Under the pieces are notes generated by a model, which was given only the letters and a program-made list of their open reading frames with translations, did not search any database and was not told the origin of the DNA. Positions 19,001-27,934 of a DNA stretch of 55,632 bases are shown here, piece after piece; position 1 is the first letter of the stretch, and each line of letters opens with the position of its first letter. The stretch is from a virus (Duplodnaviria > Caudoviricetes). The stretch covers positions 1 to 55,632 of the IMG/VR virus record IMGVR_UViG_3300037510_000248; one strand, 5' to 3'. A program made the translations under genes and the position numbers.

Positions 19001-20792
19001 TGGCTTCGACTGACTCGGCCCCGTATGTTTTGACCGCCGCGTCATATTGCTTTTGGAGTTCGGCTTTTTTGGCAGCCGTCGTGCCGGTCGCAATGATCTG
19101 CTGGCTTCGCGCGGTTTTGATAGCAGTGGCGTTGGCATCGGAGGCGGCGCGCATCTCGGTGGCATCACTCGAATCCCCCCGCCCCATGCGCCCTGCCGCG
19201 CGGTTGGCGGCGATGGTCGCACCCGCGCTCTTGATATTGGCCTGGTTATTGAAGGCGATCATGGCGTTGGTCGCCTCGTTCGCCCGCAGCCGCGCCTGAA
19301 TAAGCTGTGCAAGCAGCGGATCAATCTTGCCTGCCATCACGAGCGCGGCCACGCCGCCCGCGTCGATATTCGGATTGAGCGCCATAAAGGCGGATACGGC
19401 AGCATTGGTCTCAGCCGTCAGCAACTGTGTCTTCAGCGCGACTTCCTGCTTGGCCGCGGCATCAGCCAGCGACACCTGGACGGATTGCTCGGTCACGGAG
19501 GTCACGGCAAGGTACTCAGCCGCGTGCGCCTGGAGGGCAGCAGTAGCCGTGTTCGTTGCTGTTGTGCCGTCGTTGATGGCGGTTGACGTGGCGACGACCG
19601 CACCCGCAAGCTCCCATGATCCGCCCGATGCAGTTGCCTGTGCCGTGTTGAACGCGTAGGTACCGTCCGCTAAGGCAACGACGGTACTTCCCAACTGATC
19701 GAGTCCATCGATCAGTTGCTCCGTCGCCTCAAAGGTTTGATTGGCTTGGCTTGCCATCTGCCCCAGGCCGCCCGCAATAAAAGAGCCGAAACTGTTCTTG
19801 GCGTTCTCGACATTGGTTTGCAGGCGGGCGATTTGGGTCGCGTTCGTTTCTGCCGCGCCGCCCGTTTTGGCAATGATGTCGGTGCCCGCTGCCATCACGG
19901 CGTTGAGCGTGGCCTGCTGTTGCTCCGTCCGCGAGAGCTGATCGGGCGTTTTGCCGATTGATTTCGCGTACGTTTCAAAGGCCCCGGCTGCATCCAGCGT
20001 GATCTTGGCGTTGTCGATAATTTGGGGCGACCCGCGCGCGATACCCTTGACCAGCGAGTCGAACACGAAGCCGATGTCGTCACCGCTCGCCTGCGCACTC
20101 GCACGCGCGATCTCCAGCAGGCGCGGCAGTTCTTTGGCCAGTGTGCCGCCGGTCAAGAGGATGCCCGAGTTCGCGGATTGGATCAGATCGGCATCCGACA
20201 CGGTGCCCTGTGCCGCCGCCCGTAGGCTGGTCAGCAGCGCGTCACCCGTCGTGTGGGCCGACACTGCGAGGCTGTCGAATGACTTGCGCGTCGCGTCGAT
20301 CTTTGATGACGCGACGCCAAGATCAATCGCTGCCTGAAAACCTTTCACTGCCGCTGTGGCCACCGCCGCCGGACCGACGACCCCCATTAAGCTAGATTTG
20401 ACCTGATCGATCGCCGCTGTGCCGAAGGAGTCAAGGGTGCGAGGGAGCGCCGGGCCAAGCCCGCCATCTCTGAGGCCTTTTTGCGCCTGCACCAGCCGTT
20501 CAGCGTCCTTGATGGCCTGAAGCTCCAGCTGATCAATTTGCTTGAGGGTGGCGGCAGCCTGACCAGGCGGGAGCGCGGTCATCGTTTGAAGCGCAGTCTG
20601 GAGTCGCTTCGCGCCGGCCGTGGGTTGCCCCATCGCCGCGTCCAGGCGTGCGAGGTTCTGCGCGGTGGTGAGTGCCGAGCGCGCGGCTGCCTGCTGGGTT
20701 TTATCCAGCTGATCAAAGGCCTGAACCGCTGTCTTGACCGCAGCCGTGTCAGTCTTCGTGCGGATCGTGATGTTGGATGTGCGATCGGGCAT
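16032..20792 (-). CDS. Tape measure protein
   Basis: 1586 aa Ala-rich helical protein; tape-measure core (GTVSDADL, SLVKGIARGSPQIIDN); position. Confidence 0.92.
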   Translation of the reverse strand: MPDRTSNITIRTKTDTAAVKTAVQAFDQLDKTQQAAARSALTTAQNLARLDAAMGQPTAGAKRLQTALQTMTALPPGQAAATLKQIDQLELQAIKDAERLVQAQKGLRDGGLGPALPRTLDSFGTAAIDQVKSSLMGVVGPAAVATAAVKGFQAAIDLGVASSKIDATRKSFDSLAVSAHTTGDALLTSLRAAAQGTVSDADLIQSANSGILLTGGTLAKELPRLLEIARASAQASGDDIGFVFDSLVKGIARGSPQIIDNAKITLDAAGAFETYAKSIGKTPDQLSRTEQQQATLNAVMAAGTDIIAKTGGAAETNATQIARLQTNVENAKNSFGSFIAGGLGQMASQANQTFEATEQLIDGLDQLGSTVVALADGTYAFNTAQATASGGSWELAGAVVATSTAINDGTTATNTATAALQAHAAEYLAVTSVTEQSVQVSLADAAAKQEVALKTQLLTAETNAAVSAFMALNPNIDAGGVAALVMAGKIDPLLAQLIQARLRANEATNAMIAFNNQANIKSAGATIAANRAAGRMGRGDSSDATEMRAASDANATAIKTARSQQIIATGTTAAKKAELQKQYDAAVKTYGAESVEAINAQTKLIQAQEKGGAGRAGSAAKTANRLETLEGNTSEKIQSIVRDRDKKLADLDEKYAEQQLENKRKLANSIANTAGNRRVSNEVDDLDLFGKHTPDEARKLNDRERAEADARKRSEANAEEARKKAEEGDAESAETILQIREKANQEQEDLDKAYYEKQAELGKNPELQAALQKQYEEAQKAIQEQSDREVAQANVLADLKKQQREKEHDEIIASAQDAANVAIGHAQRMSDSIIKATGTAGDQGSNNLKKIGDAVNSIPKDVTVTVHINQQGSTSVGGGGSSGGGTKAAGGGTFMSNGPTTLTVGDNPGGREIVTVTPVGGRGTTTVGAGMVKMAGGGVLDAGGGYTTPVAVGSNEGTKKVNASKQADAIKSQIEQQRDVIALLSDLIKLRGDLEAAANQQPFNIGLIQGLSQRGALFLQIVQSNLVPTTKKQSEAFSLYVSAAKDAISILGDVAGLRHDLSDAMNDQPFNVGLIEGLANRAALFLGIVQAQLVPISEAQGDQLSRFADGVSTSVAILKDVADLRKAMSEAILPAPDLDAVRALARDANQVTAIVQGTVLPLTQAQAQAFTLYHDAASASIDIVKATSELGKTLQDNASAPISLPLVQRLASDAQRVTAIVQATLTPTTEDQANALQTWSDAVGAGVSVIKDVSDLSKTLQEDAALPLDLRRVTQLANDARRVTAIVTGTLTPTTEAQATAMQNWADAEGAAVGTIKDVSDLSKTIRENASTPLAVADVQRLASDARRVTGIVQSQLVPSTEAQSTALQDWESTVGAGVGVIKDVSGLTRDLFTDYQSPSNAQIALVAKDAKRIADGLVKAASTYSTDGLAAGKSYAEAVGTTFGAFKDGLLFFEALKSGDYGLDAKALASFEKSTLQTLAVAKRLGAVAATIPAGDIAALGITTQALAAQSEALIKLAAVPFGDIQPAAAGLAQQSAALLGGASRGGDTIINFQPGSVVGTPGMNMNQLADLVIQKLNARTGMHK
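16550..17880 (-). repeat. About 7 tandem 66-aa (198-bp) repeats in the TMP C-terminal region
   Basis: Recurring LA.DA.RVT.IV...L.P.T..Q...L...V..IKDV.DL unit. Confidence 0.85.
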
Positions 20793-21172
20793 TAGGCGCG
20801 CCCCTCAATCAGCGCGATCAGCGCGTCTTCCATATCGGTCGCGGTCTGGTCGATGATCGCCTGCCCCTCGCTGATCGTGCGGCCTGCGAAGTCGTGCGCC
20901 GCCCCGCGATCGGCCTCAATGTCGGCGTAGATGCGCGAGGACGTGACGCGCGCCTCAAACGTCCCGCTGCTCACATCAAACGGGCCCTCCACGAAAAGCG
21001 AGTCGCGCAAGTTGCCTTTTTTCACATGTACGACCGACCGCGCCACGCGCAGCAGCCCGCGCGCGCCCCGCACGTTGATGGCGCGCAGCTTCGCGCCAGC
21101 CTTCTGGTCAACGGAACGCAGATCGGCAATGAGCGCAGGTAGATCAGACAGATACTCGGTGTCAAGCGCCAT
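20792..21172 (-). CDS. HK97 gp10-like tail completion protein
   Basis: V.V..GNLRDSL and YA..E motifs. Confidence 0.6.
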   Translation of the reverse strand: MALDTEYLSDLPALIADLRSVDQKAGAKLRAINVRGARGLLRVARSVVHVKKGNLRDSLFVEGPFDVSSGTFEARVTSSRIYADIEADRGAAHDFAGRTISEGQAIIDQTATDMEDALIALIEGRA

Positions 21173-21865
21173 ATTTGCTCAGATCCATGCCGGTCGATCC
21201 GGCGGTTGTTTGCTGCATATCGGCGATGGCCCGCTCAATCACGTTGTGCGCGGCTAAGGTCAGGTACTCGCGCTCCATCAGGATCGGCGTAATCTCCGAT
21301 GGCAGACGATGCAACTGTTTGATGCACATAGATACAAACCAGTACTCATCGGTCGCCTCGCGCGCAAACAGTTCGGCATCCGTCAGGTCGTCGTCGGTGC
21401 GCTCCAGCAATTCCAGCGCCCGCCGCCTGACGGCGTTTTCCTCAATCCCGTCGAGGGGGTCAATGCCTTCATCGCGGGTTAGCTCGATAACCTTTTTTTT
21501 AGTGCCTCATCCACATGTCCGCTGAACGCGCGGATCTCTGCCGCCACCATCGCGACATCCGCCCACAGCCCATCACGATCGGGGAAGTCCAGCACAGCGG
21601 TTTCGCTCCAGATAGGCGTGCCATCGTCGCCGATCACGCCAGTTGCGAAGCACGCCACGTCCCACGCGGCGATGTTGACCAGGCCGGGATCGGGCGCGTC
21701 GGGGGCAAGGTCGGGCGGGCGCGGCACCGCAGCGTACGCGGTCGTAGAGCGCCACTGGGCGCGGCTCAGTTCGCGGATGGTGAGCGCGCCGCCGAACGAT
21801 TCGGCGATGACCTCTTTGGTCTGCGGCGCAATCGCTGCCAAGATTTCGTCTTTGGTGCGTGGCAT
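21162..21865 (-). CDS. Tail assembly chaperone G (21479-21865) and -1 frameshift product GT (to 21162)
   Basis: Slippery CTA AAA AAA AGG (T8 on + strand at 21493-21500) near the G stop; open -1 frame continues. Confidence 0.85.
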
Positions 21866-21962
21866 GTATGAACGATCCCTTCATTCGCCCGAACAAAAAC
21901 CGTGCGGCAGGGGATCGGGATCTTCCCTCTTCGGCGCGTCCGCCTAGCCGCACGTTCACCCC

Positions 21963-22382
21963 TTACAGCGCCACGCCCGCCTTGATGATCGCCACATCAG
22001 CGTTGGCCAGCACCATCGTGTACGACTCTTCCACGGTCTTCCCAAGGTCCATGTCGAGCCCGTCCATGCCCAGATAGCACTGACCACGGATGTAGTTCAG
22101 CGTGTCGGCCTTGTCGGGGTAGGCCATGAAATACTCGCTGATGCGATTGAGCGCCATCGCCATCAGGGTGGAGTTCGTGGTTTGGTACCACGCCGTCAGC
22201 TTGGCCTTGAAGTCCGATAGGCCGGGAATGTAGCTCTTGAACTGATCGCCGTGTGAGGTGTCCTCGCTGAAATCCGTGGTCAGCGACGGGTTGAAGCCGT
22301 GTGTCTTACTGACCAGCACATACGTGCCGCCCAGCGTGTTACAGAGATACAGGCCAGCGTTTCGGGTATTTTTGGTCGCCAT
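21963..22382 (-). CDS. Major tail tube protein
   Basis: EDTSHGDQFKSYIPGLSD motif; position before chaperones. Confidence 0.85.
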   Translation of the reverse strand: MATKNTRNAGLYLCNTLGGTYVLVSKTHGFNPSLTTDFSEDTSHGDQFKSYIPGLSDFKAKLTAWYQTTNSTLMAMALNRISEYFMAYPDKADTLNYIRGQCYLGMDGLDMDLGKTVEESYTMVLANADVAIIKAGVAL

Positions 22383-22423
22383 CGGTGTCTAGCCTCCTGT
22401 GGTGTGGTAGCTGGAACGTCCAG

Positions 22424-23497
22424 CTAGTCCATAATGGTTTCGAGGATATACTTCGCCCGCAGCCCCCAGTGATGTGGCTGTACGGCCTCGTGTTGCGCCT
22501 GCTGCGCTCGCTCACGTGCGTCGTCGTGCGTCAGCCAGTAGCGCAGCTCACGCCGTAAGCTCGCGCTGTCCCACGCGCGGAAGGTGGCCGCGCTGTCGCC
22601 GTAGACATCACGCACCTCGGGCCGCTCATCATCGATCAGCATGAAGCCGCCGACCGCCGGGATCTCATACGCACGCGGGCCGAGGCTTTCCGATCCGGCG
22701 CTCACGACCTCGCCGCCCTCGATCGTGCCCATCTGCCGGTGCAAATTAAGTGCAACCTTGGCCGAGCGATGCCAGGCGCTAGTGTGGTCGTTTGGAATGG
22801 CTCCCTCCGTCCAGCGGTCGCCGCGCGCGAAGTCGGATGCGCCGTGCTCGGCATCCAAGTCCAGCCCCCAGAGCGTGCCGTGAATGGTGTGGTTGATGCC
22901 CGTCCAATCCACGCCCGCAAGCAGTCGCTTGCGCTCGGGGAAGCCACCGCCGACGAAGGTCACATCACATGCCTTATCAGGATCGGTGGCGCACAGTTGG
23001 TGCGTCACAGGGTTCCATGCGTGCGGCAGATAGAACGCGCGGGTGAGATCGGCGAAGCGCGCCACACTGGTGCGCTCATTGGTGAACCAATGACTATAGG
23101 CAGGCGCGATGGCGCGCTCGTGTGTGTCAAAGTAGGGCGACTCGGTACCGAAGCACACAACCGGGATGTTCAGCTTACGCAGCACCTCGACGCGGCTGGG
23201 TGGGAACATGAGGCCGTTCACCACAATGACCGCATCCACGGCGTTGTCGAGCGCGACCGTGACGGCATCCGCGCTGGCGACGAACATGCAGAACTCGTGC
23301 ATGCGCTGCGCCTCGGCGTCGGTGAATGTTTCGTGCTTAATGGCCGCGTTTGCCATCGCCGTGAAGGGCCGCAGCATCTCGCCCCACGCGAACGGCACGA
23401 CCTCCACGCCCGCCCACGTGAGGCCGGCGCACATGCCGTCGAACACGTCGGAGGTGCTGTGATTTTGTCCTGGGTGGATGACCATTACCTTTGTCAC
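22424..23497 (-). CDS. GT-B glycosyltransferase (CgeB/Glyco_trans_1_2-like)
   Basis: TESPY, FTNE, YLPHA, DVTFVG..FPER, K.ALNLHR, PRAYEIPA.GGF. Confidence 0.88.
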   Translation of the reverse strand: MTKVMVIHPGQNHSTSDVFDGMCAGLTWAGVEVVPFAWGEMLRPFTAMANAAIKHETFTDAEAQRMHEFCMFVASADAVTVALDNAVDAVIVVNGLMFPPSRVEVLRKLNIPVVCFGTESPYFDTHERAIAPAYSHWFTNERTSVARFADLTRAFYLPHAWNPVTHQLCATDPDKACDVTFVGGGFPERKRLLAGVDWTGINHTIHGTLWGLDLDAEHGASDFARGDRWTEGAIPNDHTSAWHRSAKVALNLHRQMGTIEGGEVVSAGSESLGPRAYEIPAVGGFMLIDDERPEVRDVYGDSAATFRAWDSASLRRELRYWLTHDDARERAQQAQHEAVQPHHWGLRAKYILETIMD

Positions 23498-23736
23498 GAT
23501 GCCTTGTCCCTTAGTAGAGTAACCATGTCGCGAAACTCTGGGTCGGATGCCATTTCTTGTGTTAGCTCTTTTGCAAGAAGGATGCAGTACTGTGCCTTTT
23601 CCACAATCGCCGCCAATGCCTCCACAAACTGCACATTAACGAGATCGGTGCGGGGACTGTCGCCACTCGCGTTGTCATGCGCCTGTTCATATTCCGCGAT
23701 GAGATGCTTTAATGTTTCTGTGAGTGGCGTACTCAT
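23494..23736 (-). CDS. Small hypothetical protein
   Basis: Coupled ORF with lower GC. Confidence 0.55.
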   Translation of the reverse strand: MSTPLTETLKHLIAEYEQAHDNASGDSPRTDLVNVQFVEALAAIVEKAQYCILLAKELTQEMASDPEFRDMVTLLRDKAS

Positions 23737-24248
23737 CCGTCGATCTCCCCATCGGGTGCGTCGCTCTCACACAGCACCGTCAGTTGTATCCGCTGCGCAA
23801 AGTGCGAGGCATCGGCGAGACCTGGCCCGTTCGTGCCGGTCGCCGTGCGCCGGATCATGAGCGGCGGCGTGGTACTGGAGATCTGCATCGACCGCACACC
23901 TGTTGCATTATTGAGGCGCCGATACGGCCGCAGATAGTCCTTGACCGCCTCGGTCAGTGTCTTCAGCCCCTGTTTCAACGCCGCATCGCCCGCTGCGCCC
24001 GTGCTGCGCTTCTGACAAATCCACAGGCTGATCGTGTGTTGCTCCTGGTACTCATCATGTGCGCCGTAGTCGTTGATCTCGACCGCCTCGATCGTATCGT
24101 CGCCCATCTCCACGAACGCCGATGTCGGCGCGGTATCGATGATCGTCCAATCATCGACGACGCTGTTCGCCACCGTGAACGTCGCGCCCGCGTTGTAGGC
24201 GCGCAGCAGGGTCAGGACGGCGGCTTCGGCGGTGAGGTAGGTGGTCAT
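23733..24248 (-). CDS. Tail terminator-like protein
   Basis: Size, position and pattern. Confidence 0.6.
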   Translation of the reverse strand: MTTYLTAEAAVLTLLRAYNAGATFTVANSVVDDWTIIDTAPTSAFVEMGDDTIEAVEINDYGAHDEYQEQHTISLWICQKRSTGAAGDAALKQGLKTLTEAVKDYLRPYRRLNNATGVRSMQISSTTPPLMIRRTATGTNGPGLADASHFAQRIQLTVLCESDAPDGEIDG

Positions 24249-24655
24249 CGCCGCACACTCACGGTAAACCACAGTGCCCGCACGTTCATGGTCAGCGCCA
24301 TATCCGGCTGCTCTTTCGGGCTGGACGCTAATGCCGTAAACGTGTTCGCCAGCCAATCGTGTGGATAACACGCCATAATCAGCGGCACCAGGCCATTCAG
24401 CCGCCGATAGCCATACAGCGGGCTATCGATCAACCACCAACCGAACGGCAGATCGTAGGCATCGCCCGGCGTCGGCTCAATCGCGCCGCCCTCAAAGGCG
24501 ATCAGTGGCGCGGTCGGCAACGCGCCCTTCAGCTTCAGCACATCGATCACGCTGGGCGCTCCGCCGAGCGCGGCCCGCAGACTCGCGCCCGCGCCGTCCG
24601 TCGCAAGGCGCGCATAGGCGGCCGCGTAGATCGCTTGTGGGTCGGGGGCGGACAT
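24245..24655 (-). CDS. Second tail terminator/neck-like protein
   Basis: QAIY..L..D..LRA.LG motif; AGGAG RBS. Confidence 0.6.
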   Translation of the reverse strand: MSAPDPQAIYAAAYARLATDGAGASLRAALGGAPSVIDVLKLKGALPTAPLIAFEGGAIEPTPGDAYDLPFGWWLIDSPLYGYRRLNGLVPLIMACYPHDWLANTFTALASSPKEQPDMALTMNVRALWFTVSVRR

Positions 24656-25206
24656 AGCCACTCCTGTGCATTGTGATAGGTCAGCGCCTCATTCACGAAT
24701 TGAAACGCATCCGGCTTCGCGCGATACAGCGTGTTCAGCCACTCGCCATCCGCGCACGTGCCGACCGGCCATGGAAACTCTTGCGCGAACCAATGCCACA
24801 GCACGACTTGCCCGCCGTCCACGCCGCCCGGGCGCATGTTCTGCGGCTGCGCGCGTAGCAGACCGTGTGCAACCTCGGGGTACTGGCAATCGAACACGAA
24901 CGCGCCGACATCCGACGATGCGCCATCGACCAGTTCGCCGAGGCGCTTCGGCAGATCGGGATGCAGCAGATTGTCGTCGTCTAGCCACATCACCCAGCCA
25001 TCGCGCACGCCCTTCATCAGATCGGTCGCCCAGGCCGACCGGCGCTCGTTGATCGGCTCCGGCTCATACGGGTAGTAGGCGATGACATGCCGAATCTCCC
25101 AGCCGTGCGGCGTTGTGGCGCGCTGGATGGACTCAGCGGTACGGATGGCCCCCTCGGGGCGCACGGTGGCGGTCAGGAGGGTGAGCAGTTCGTTATTGCG
25201 GATCAT
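24547..25206 (-). CDS. GT-A (GT2-like) glycosyltransferase
   Basis: [28 protein letters not shown]. Confidence 0.8.
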   Translation of the reverse strand: MIRNNELLTLLTATVRPEGAIRTAESIQRATTPHGWEIRHVIAYYPYEPEPINERRSAWATDLMKGVRDGWVMWLDDDNLLHPDLPKRLGELVDGASSDVGAFVFDCQYPEVAHGLLRAQPQNMRPGGVDGGQVVLWHWFAQEFPWPVGTCADGEWLNTLYRAKPDAFQFVNEALTYHNAQEWLCPPPTHKRSTRPPMRALRRTARARVCGPRSAERPA

Positions 25207-25730
25207 ATCCGCCTCCCGCGCACGCCCGCGATCGTCGCCCCCGCAGGCACGTCCTGATCGACCAAGGCCCCTGCGCCAATCGTCGCGCCGTCGCCAATCC
25301 ACACGCCTGGCAACAGGACGGCCCCGGCGCCAATCAGGACATCATTGCCGATCGTCGGCGGCTGCAAGCGCCCCTCCGCAAACGGCAGACGCGGCGCGGG
25401 ATCGTTTGCCATCGTGACATTTGGCCCGATGAAGCAGCGCGCGCCGATGATTGCCTTGCCCGTGATGTGAGCGCCGTCCATGATGACCGTCCCCGCGCCG
25501 ATGTGCGCCTCATAGGAGATGGTGACCAGGCGCCCGATCCGCACGCCCGCCTCCAGCACACAGCCGACGTAGATATTCGACCCATCCCCGATCAGGCAGC
25601 CGTCGCCGAGCACACAGCCAGCGTAGATGACCGCGCCATGTCCGATGTGGACATCCGCGCCGATCGATGCATCAGGCCACTCGGCGATCGGACGGCTGGT
25701 GTAGCCGAGTGCGGGGCGGGCGTTGATCAT
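25203..25730 (-). CDS. Hexapeptide-repeat (left-handed beta-helix) sugar acyltransferase
   Basis: Repeated IG.... hexapeptides; FIGPNV...ND; [13 protein letters not shown]. Confidence 0.9.
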   Translation of the reverse strand: MINARPALGYTSRPIAEWPDASIGADVHIGHGAVIYAGCVLGDGCLIGDGSNIYVGCVLEAGVRIGRLVTISYEAHIGAGTVIMDGAHITGKAIIGARCFIGPNVTMANDPAPRLPFAEGRLQPPTIGNDVLIGAGAVLLPGVWIGDGATIGAGALVDQDVPAGATIAGVRGRRI

Positions 25731-26092
25731 GCGGGCACCTGTGTCAGATCGGCCGGAATGAGCTGAAAGCCCTGGCTCGTGTCAGGCTGCCCCGTCACGA
25801 TGAAGGCGATGGTTCCATTGGTATACACATCGTTGACCAGAATATCCACATCGATTGCCGCCACGCCCCAGTAGGGCGATGCGAAGATCGGCACGGCGGG
25901 CTGCGCGGTCATCTGCTTGACCATGCCGTTTTCCAAAAACGCAATCGTGCGACTACTGAGTGTGCTGATCGTCGGCGCGGTGGCGGGAGTGCCGCCCGTC
26001 GCCCGTCGCCCGGTCCATGCGCTGCCGCCGGTGCCAAACGCACGCCCGATGCGTAGGGCAGCGCGGTAGAGTGTCCGTTGTGTGCTGGTCAT
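25727..26092 (-). CDS. Head closure / head-tail joining protein
   Basis: Position; DI.VND motif. Confidence 0.6.
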   Translation of the reverse strand: MTSTQRTLYRAALRIGRAFGTGGSAWTGRRATGGTPATAPTISTLSSRTIAFLENGMVKQMTAQPAVPIFASPYWGVAAIDVDILVNDVYTNGTIAFIVTGQPDTSQGFQLIPADLTQVPA

Positions 26093-26646
26093 TGGCTCAG
26101 CCATCCCAGTCGCGCATAGGCGGCTGCGCGTTGCATCGTGTACGTTGGCGCACCGCTGACGCTCTTGCCAATCGAGAAGGTCAAGCCCGACACGGATTCG
26201 CCTGTGCCGCTCGTGGCGGGTTGCTCCACGCCGATCCGTACCAGCTCCGTCAGCACGCTCTTGCGCAACACCGTGTCATCCGCAGGCACATACACGACCG
26301 TTGCCCGATAGCCCCAATGCCCCGCGCCGTTTGGCCCGGTCGGCACACGCTGAATACGCCCCTCCTCATTCCAGATCAGATAGTCGCCCGCGACCAGTGT
26401 GACCGGCGCGGTATCGCCCAAAAACAGGTATTCAGTGATGCTCGTCACGCTCACGATCGCCCGCTTCAGATACAGGCTCGCCACCCGCCGCCCCGACACG
26501 GTTTCGGTTTGCGGGCCGGGATAGTTCGGCCCAAAGCGCCGCACCAGCTCAGCCTCCTCTGCGTCGATCACGCTTTGCAGCGCGGCGTCAGTCAGATCAA
26601 GGCCAATGCCAAGCGCCTGAAGGTCGGCGGGCGTGAGCAGGCTCAT
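26089..26646 (-). CDS. Head-to-tail adaptor
   Basis: MSLLT.ADL..L, L...I.SVTSI, V.Y motifs. Confidence 0.75.
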   Translation of the reverse strand: MSLLTPADLQALGIGLDLTDAALQSVIDAEEAELVRRFGPNYPGPQTETVSGRRVASLYLKRAIVSVTSITEYLFLGDTAPVTLVAGDYLIWNEEGRIQRVPTGPNGAGHWGYRATVVYVPADDTVLRKSVLTELVRIGVEQPATSGTGESVSGLTFSIGKSVSGAPTYTMQRAAAYARLGWLSQ

Positions 26647-26972
26647 TAGTTCCCCCGGCGATGCAGCAGAGCGGTCACGTTAATGGTGCCGGTACCATAG
26701 GTCGAGATGCGCGCGCGAATAAGCGCCAGCCCCGAGCAATCCAGCAGGAAAAGCCCATCCGCCGTTGTGGTCAACGCCAGCGTGCCCGTGGTCGTCGGGG
26801 CCAGCCGAATGCCGACCCAGTTCGTGCCGTCGATCGAGGCTTCCCACGTGATCGTGTCGCCGTTGACGCCCTGCACCTGGAAGCCCGCCGCGTCGTAATT
26901 TGACACATCGGCAGCGACGCCGTTGCCCAACGCAACGGCGGCCGCCTGCATCGTGACGCGCTGGCTGCTCAC
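26646..26972 (-). CDS. Small beta-sandwich virion accessory/decoration protein
   Basis: EASIDGTNW and IRAR motifs. Confidence 0.55.
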   Translation of the reverse strand: MSSQRVTMQAAAVALGNGVAADVSNYDAAGFQVQGVNGDTITWEASIDGTNWVGIRLAPTTTGTLALTTTADGLFLLDCSGLALIRARISTYGTGTINVTALLHRRGN

Positions 26973-27430
26973 TGCGCGCCTGACTGCGCCGCCTTCGCAG
27001 CGTCGGCCTTGGCCTTGTCCGCAGCCGCCTTATCGGCCCTGGCTTTCTCTTTTGCCGCATCAGCCGCAGCCTTCTCGTCAACCTTGGCCTGCTCTGCCGC
27101 CGCGTCGTGCGCGGTCTCCTCATCGGCTTGGCGCACGACATGCGGGTCGCTGTCGCCGCGCTGGTCCTCAGTTGCTTGGCGAGTATCGCCCTGCAATGCC
27201 ACGATCTGCGGCACGCGGTCGGCGATCTGTTTTGCCGTGCGCTGGTCGTCGCCGGCGTAGTACTTCGTAGCCTGCTCGGCAACTTCGTCGTCCGACAGCG
27301 GGAACGCCTTGGCCGCGCCAGCCTCGATCAGCTGATCGGCCACGCCCTGATCGACATGGATGACCTGCCCCTTGGTGTAGGACTCTTCGCCCTTATCGCC
27401 GCGATGGTCGCGGAGGAATCGAACGCGCAT
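26969..27430 (-). CDS. Capsid-associated accessory protein with Ala/Lys-rich tail
   Basis: MRVRFL..., YTKGQ, ADQLIEAGAA. Confidence 0.6.
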   Translation of the reverse strand: MRVRFLRDHRGDKGEESYTKGQVIHVDQGVADQLIEAGAAKAFPLSDDEVAEQATKYYAGDDQRTAKQIADRVPQIVALQGDTRQATEDQRGDSDPHVVRQADEETAHDAAAEQAKVDEKAAADAAKEKARADKAAADKAKADAAKAAQSGAQ

Positions 27431-27476
27431 AGGGATGCTCCTCTCTGAAAACAAACGCCAGCAGATACTAGGCGGG

Positions 27477-27878
27477 CTAGCCCAGCACAATGAACTCGAT
27501 TTCGACGTACGCTTGACCGGCGGCAGTAGAAGCAACGCCCGTATGGCGCACACTAATCATGGTGTTCGCTGCCATGCTTGTCGCTGCCGCCTTCAACGTC
27601 ATCGCAGTAACAGCTCCGACCGTTTTGGCGTTTTCATAGTTTGTCGCCGCTACAAGCTCAGCACCGCCAACCGTCGTGCCGACCTGCGCCGTGCCCGCTG
27701 CGACCGTGCCCGCCGTCGCGTCCACATACACGATGCGCGCCGATTTGATGCTAATTGGCTGCGACACGTACAGCAAAACGTCATCGATCGTGGTGCCTGA
27801 ACCATTATCCAGATTGAACCACACCGACTTAACCACCTGTCGGCGCATGTCCCCGCGTGGAATGTACAGATCGCTCAT
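27477..27878 (-). CDS. Capsid decoration protein
   Basis: Directly after MCP; Thr/Ala-rich beta protein. Confidence 0.6.
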   Translation of the reverse strand: MSDLYIPRGDMRRQVVKSVWFNLDNGSGTTIDDVLLYVSQPISIKSARIVYVDATAGTVAAGTAQVGTTVGGAELVAATNYENAKTVGAVTAMTLKAAATSMAANTMISVRHTGVASTAAGQAYVEIEFIVLG

Positions 27879-27934
27879 GAGGTATCTCCACAGGAGGGGC
27901 CGGTATGCCCCTCCTGATCTTTACACGCTACCGA

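Noticed and set aside
22739-23860. 373-aa + strand ORF opposite the glycosyltransferase
   Set aside because: Antisense shadow ORF with no recognisable domain
26969-27120. Ala/Lys-rich repeats (DKAAAD, AKA) as a DNA repeat element
   Set aside because: Repeats keep one frame and vary at synonymous sites, so they are protein-level low complexity
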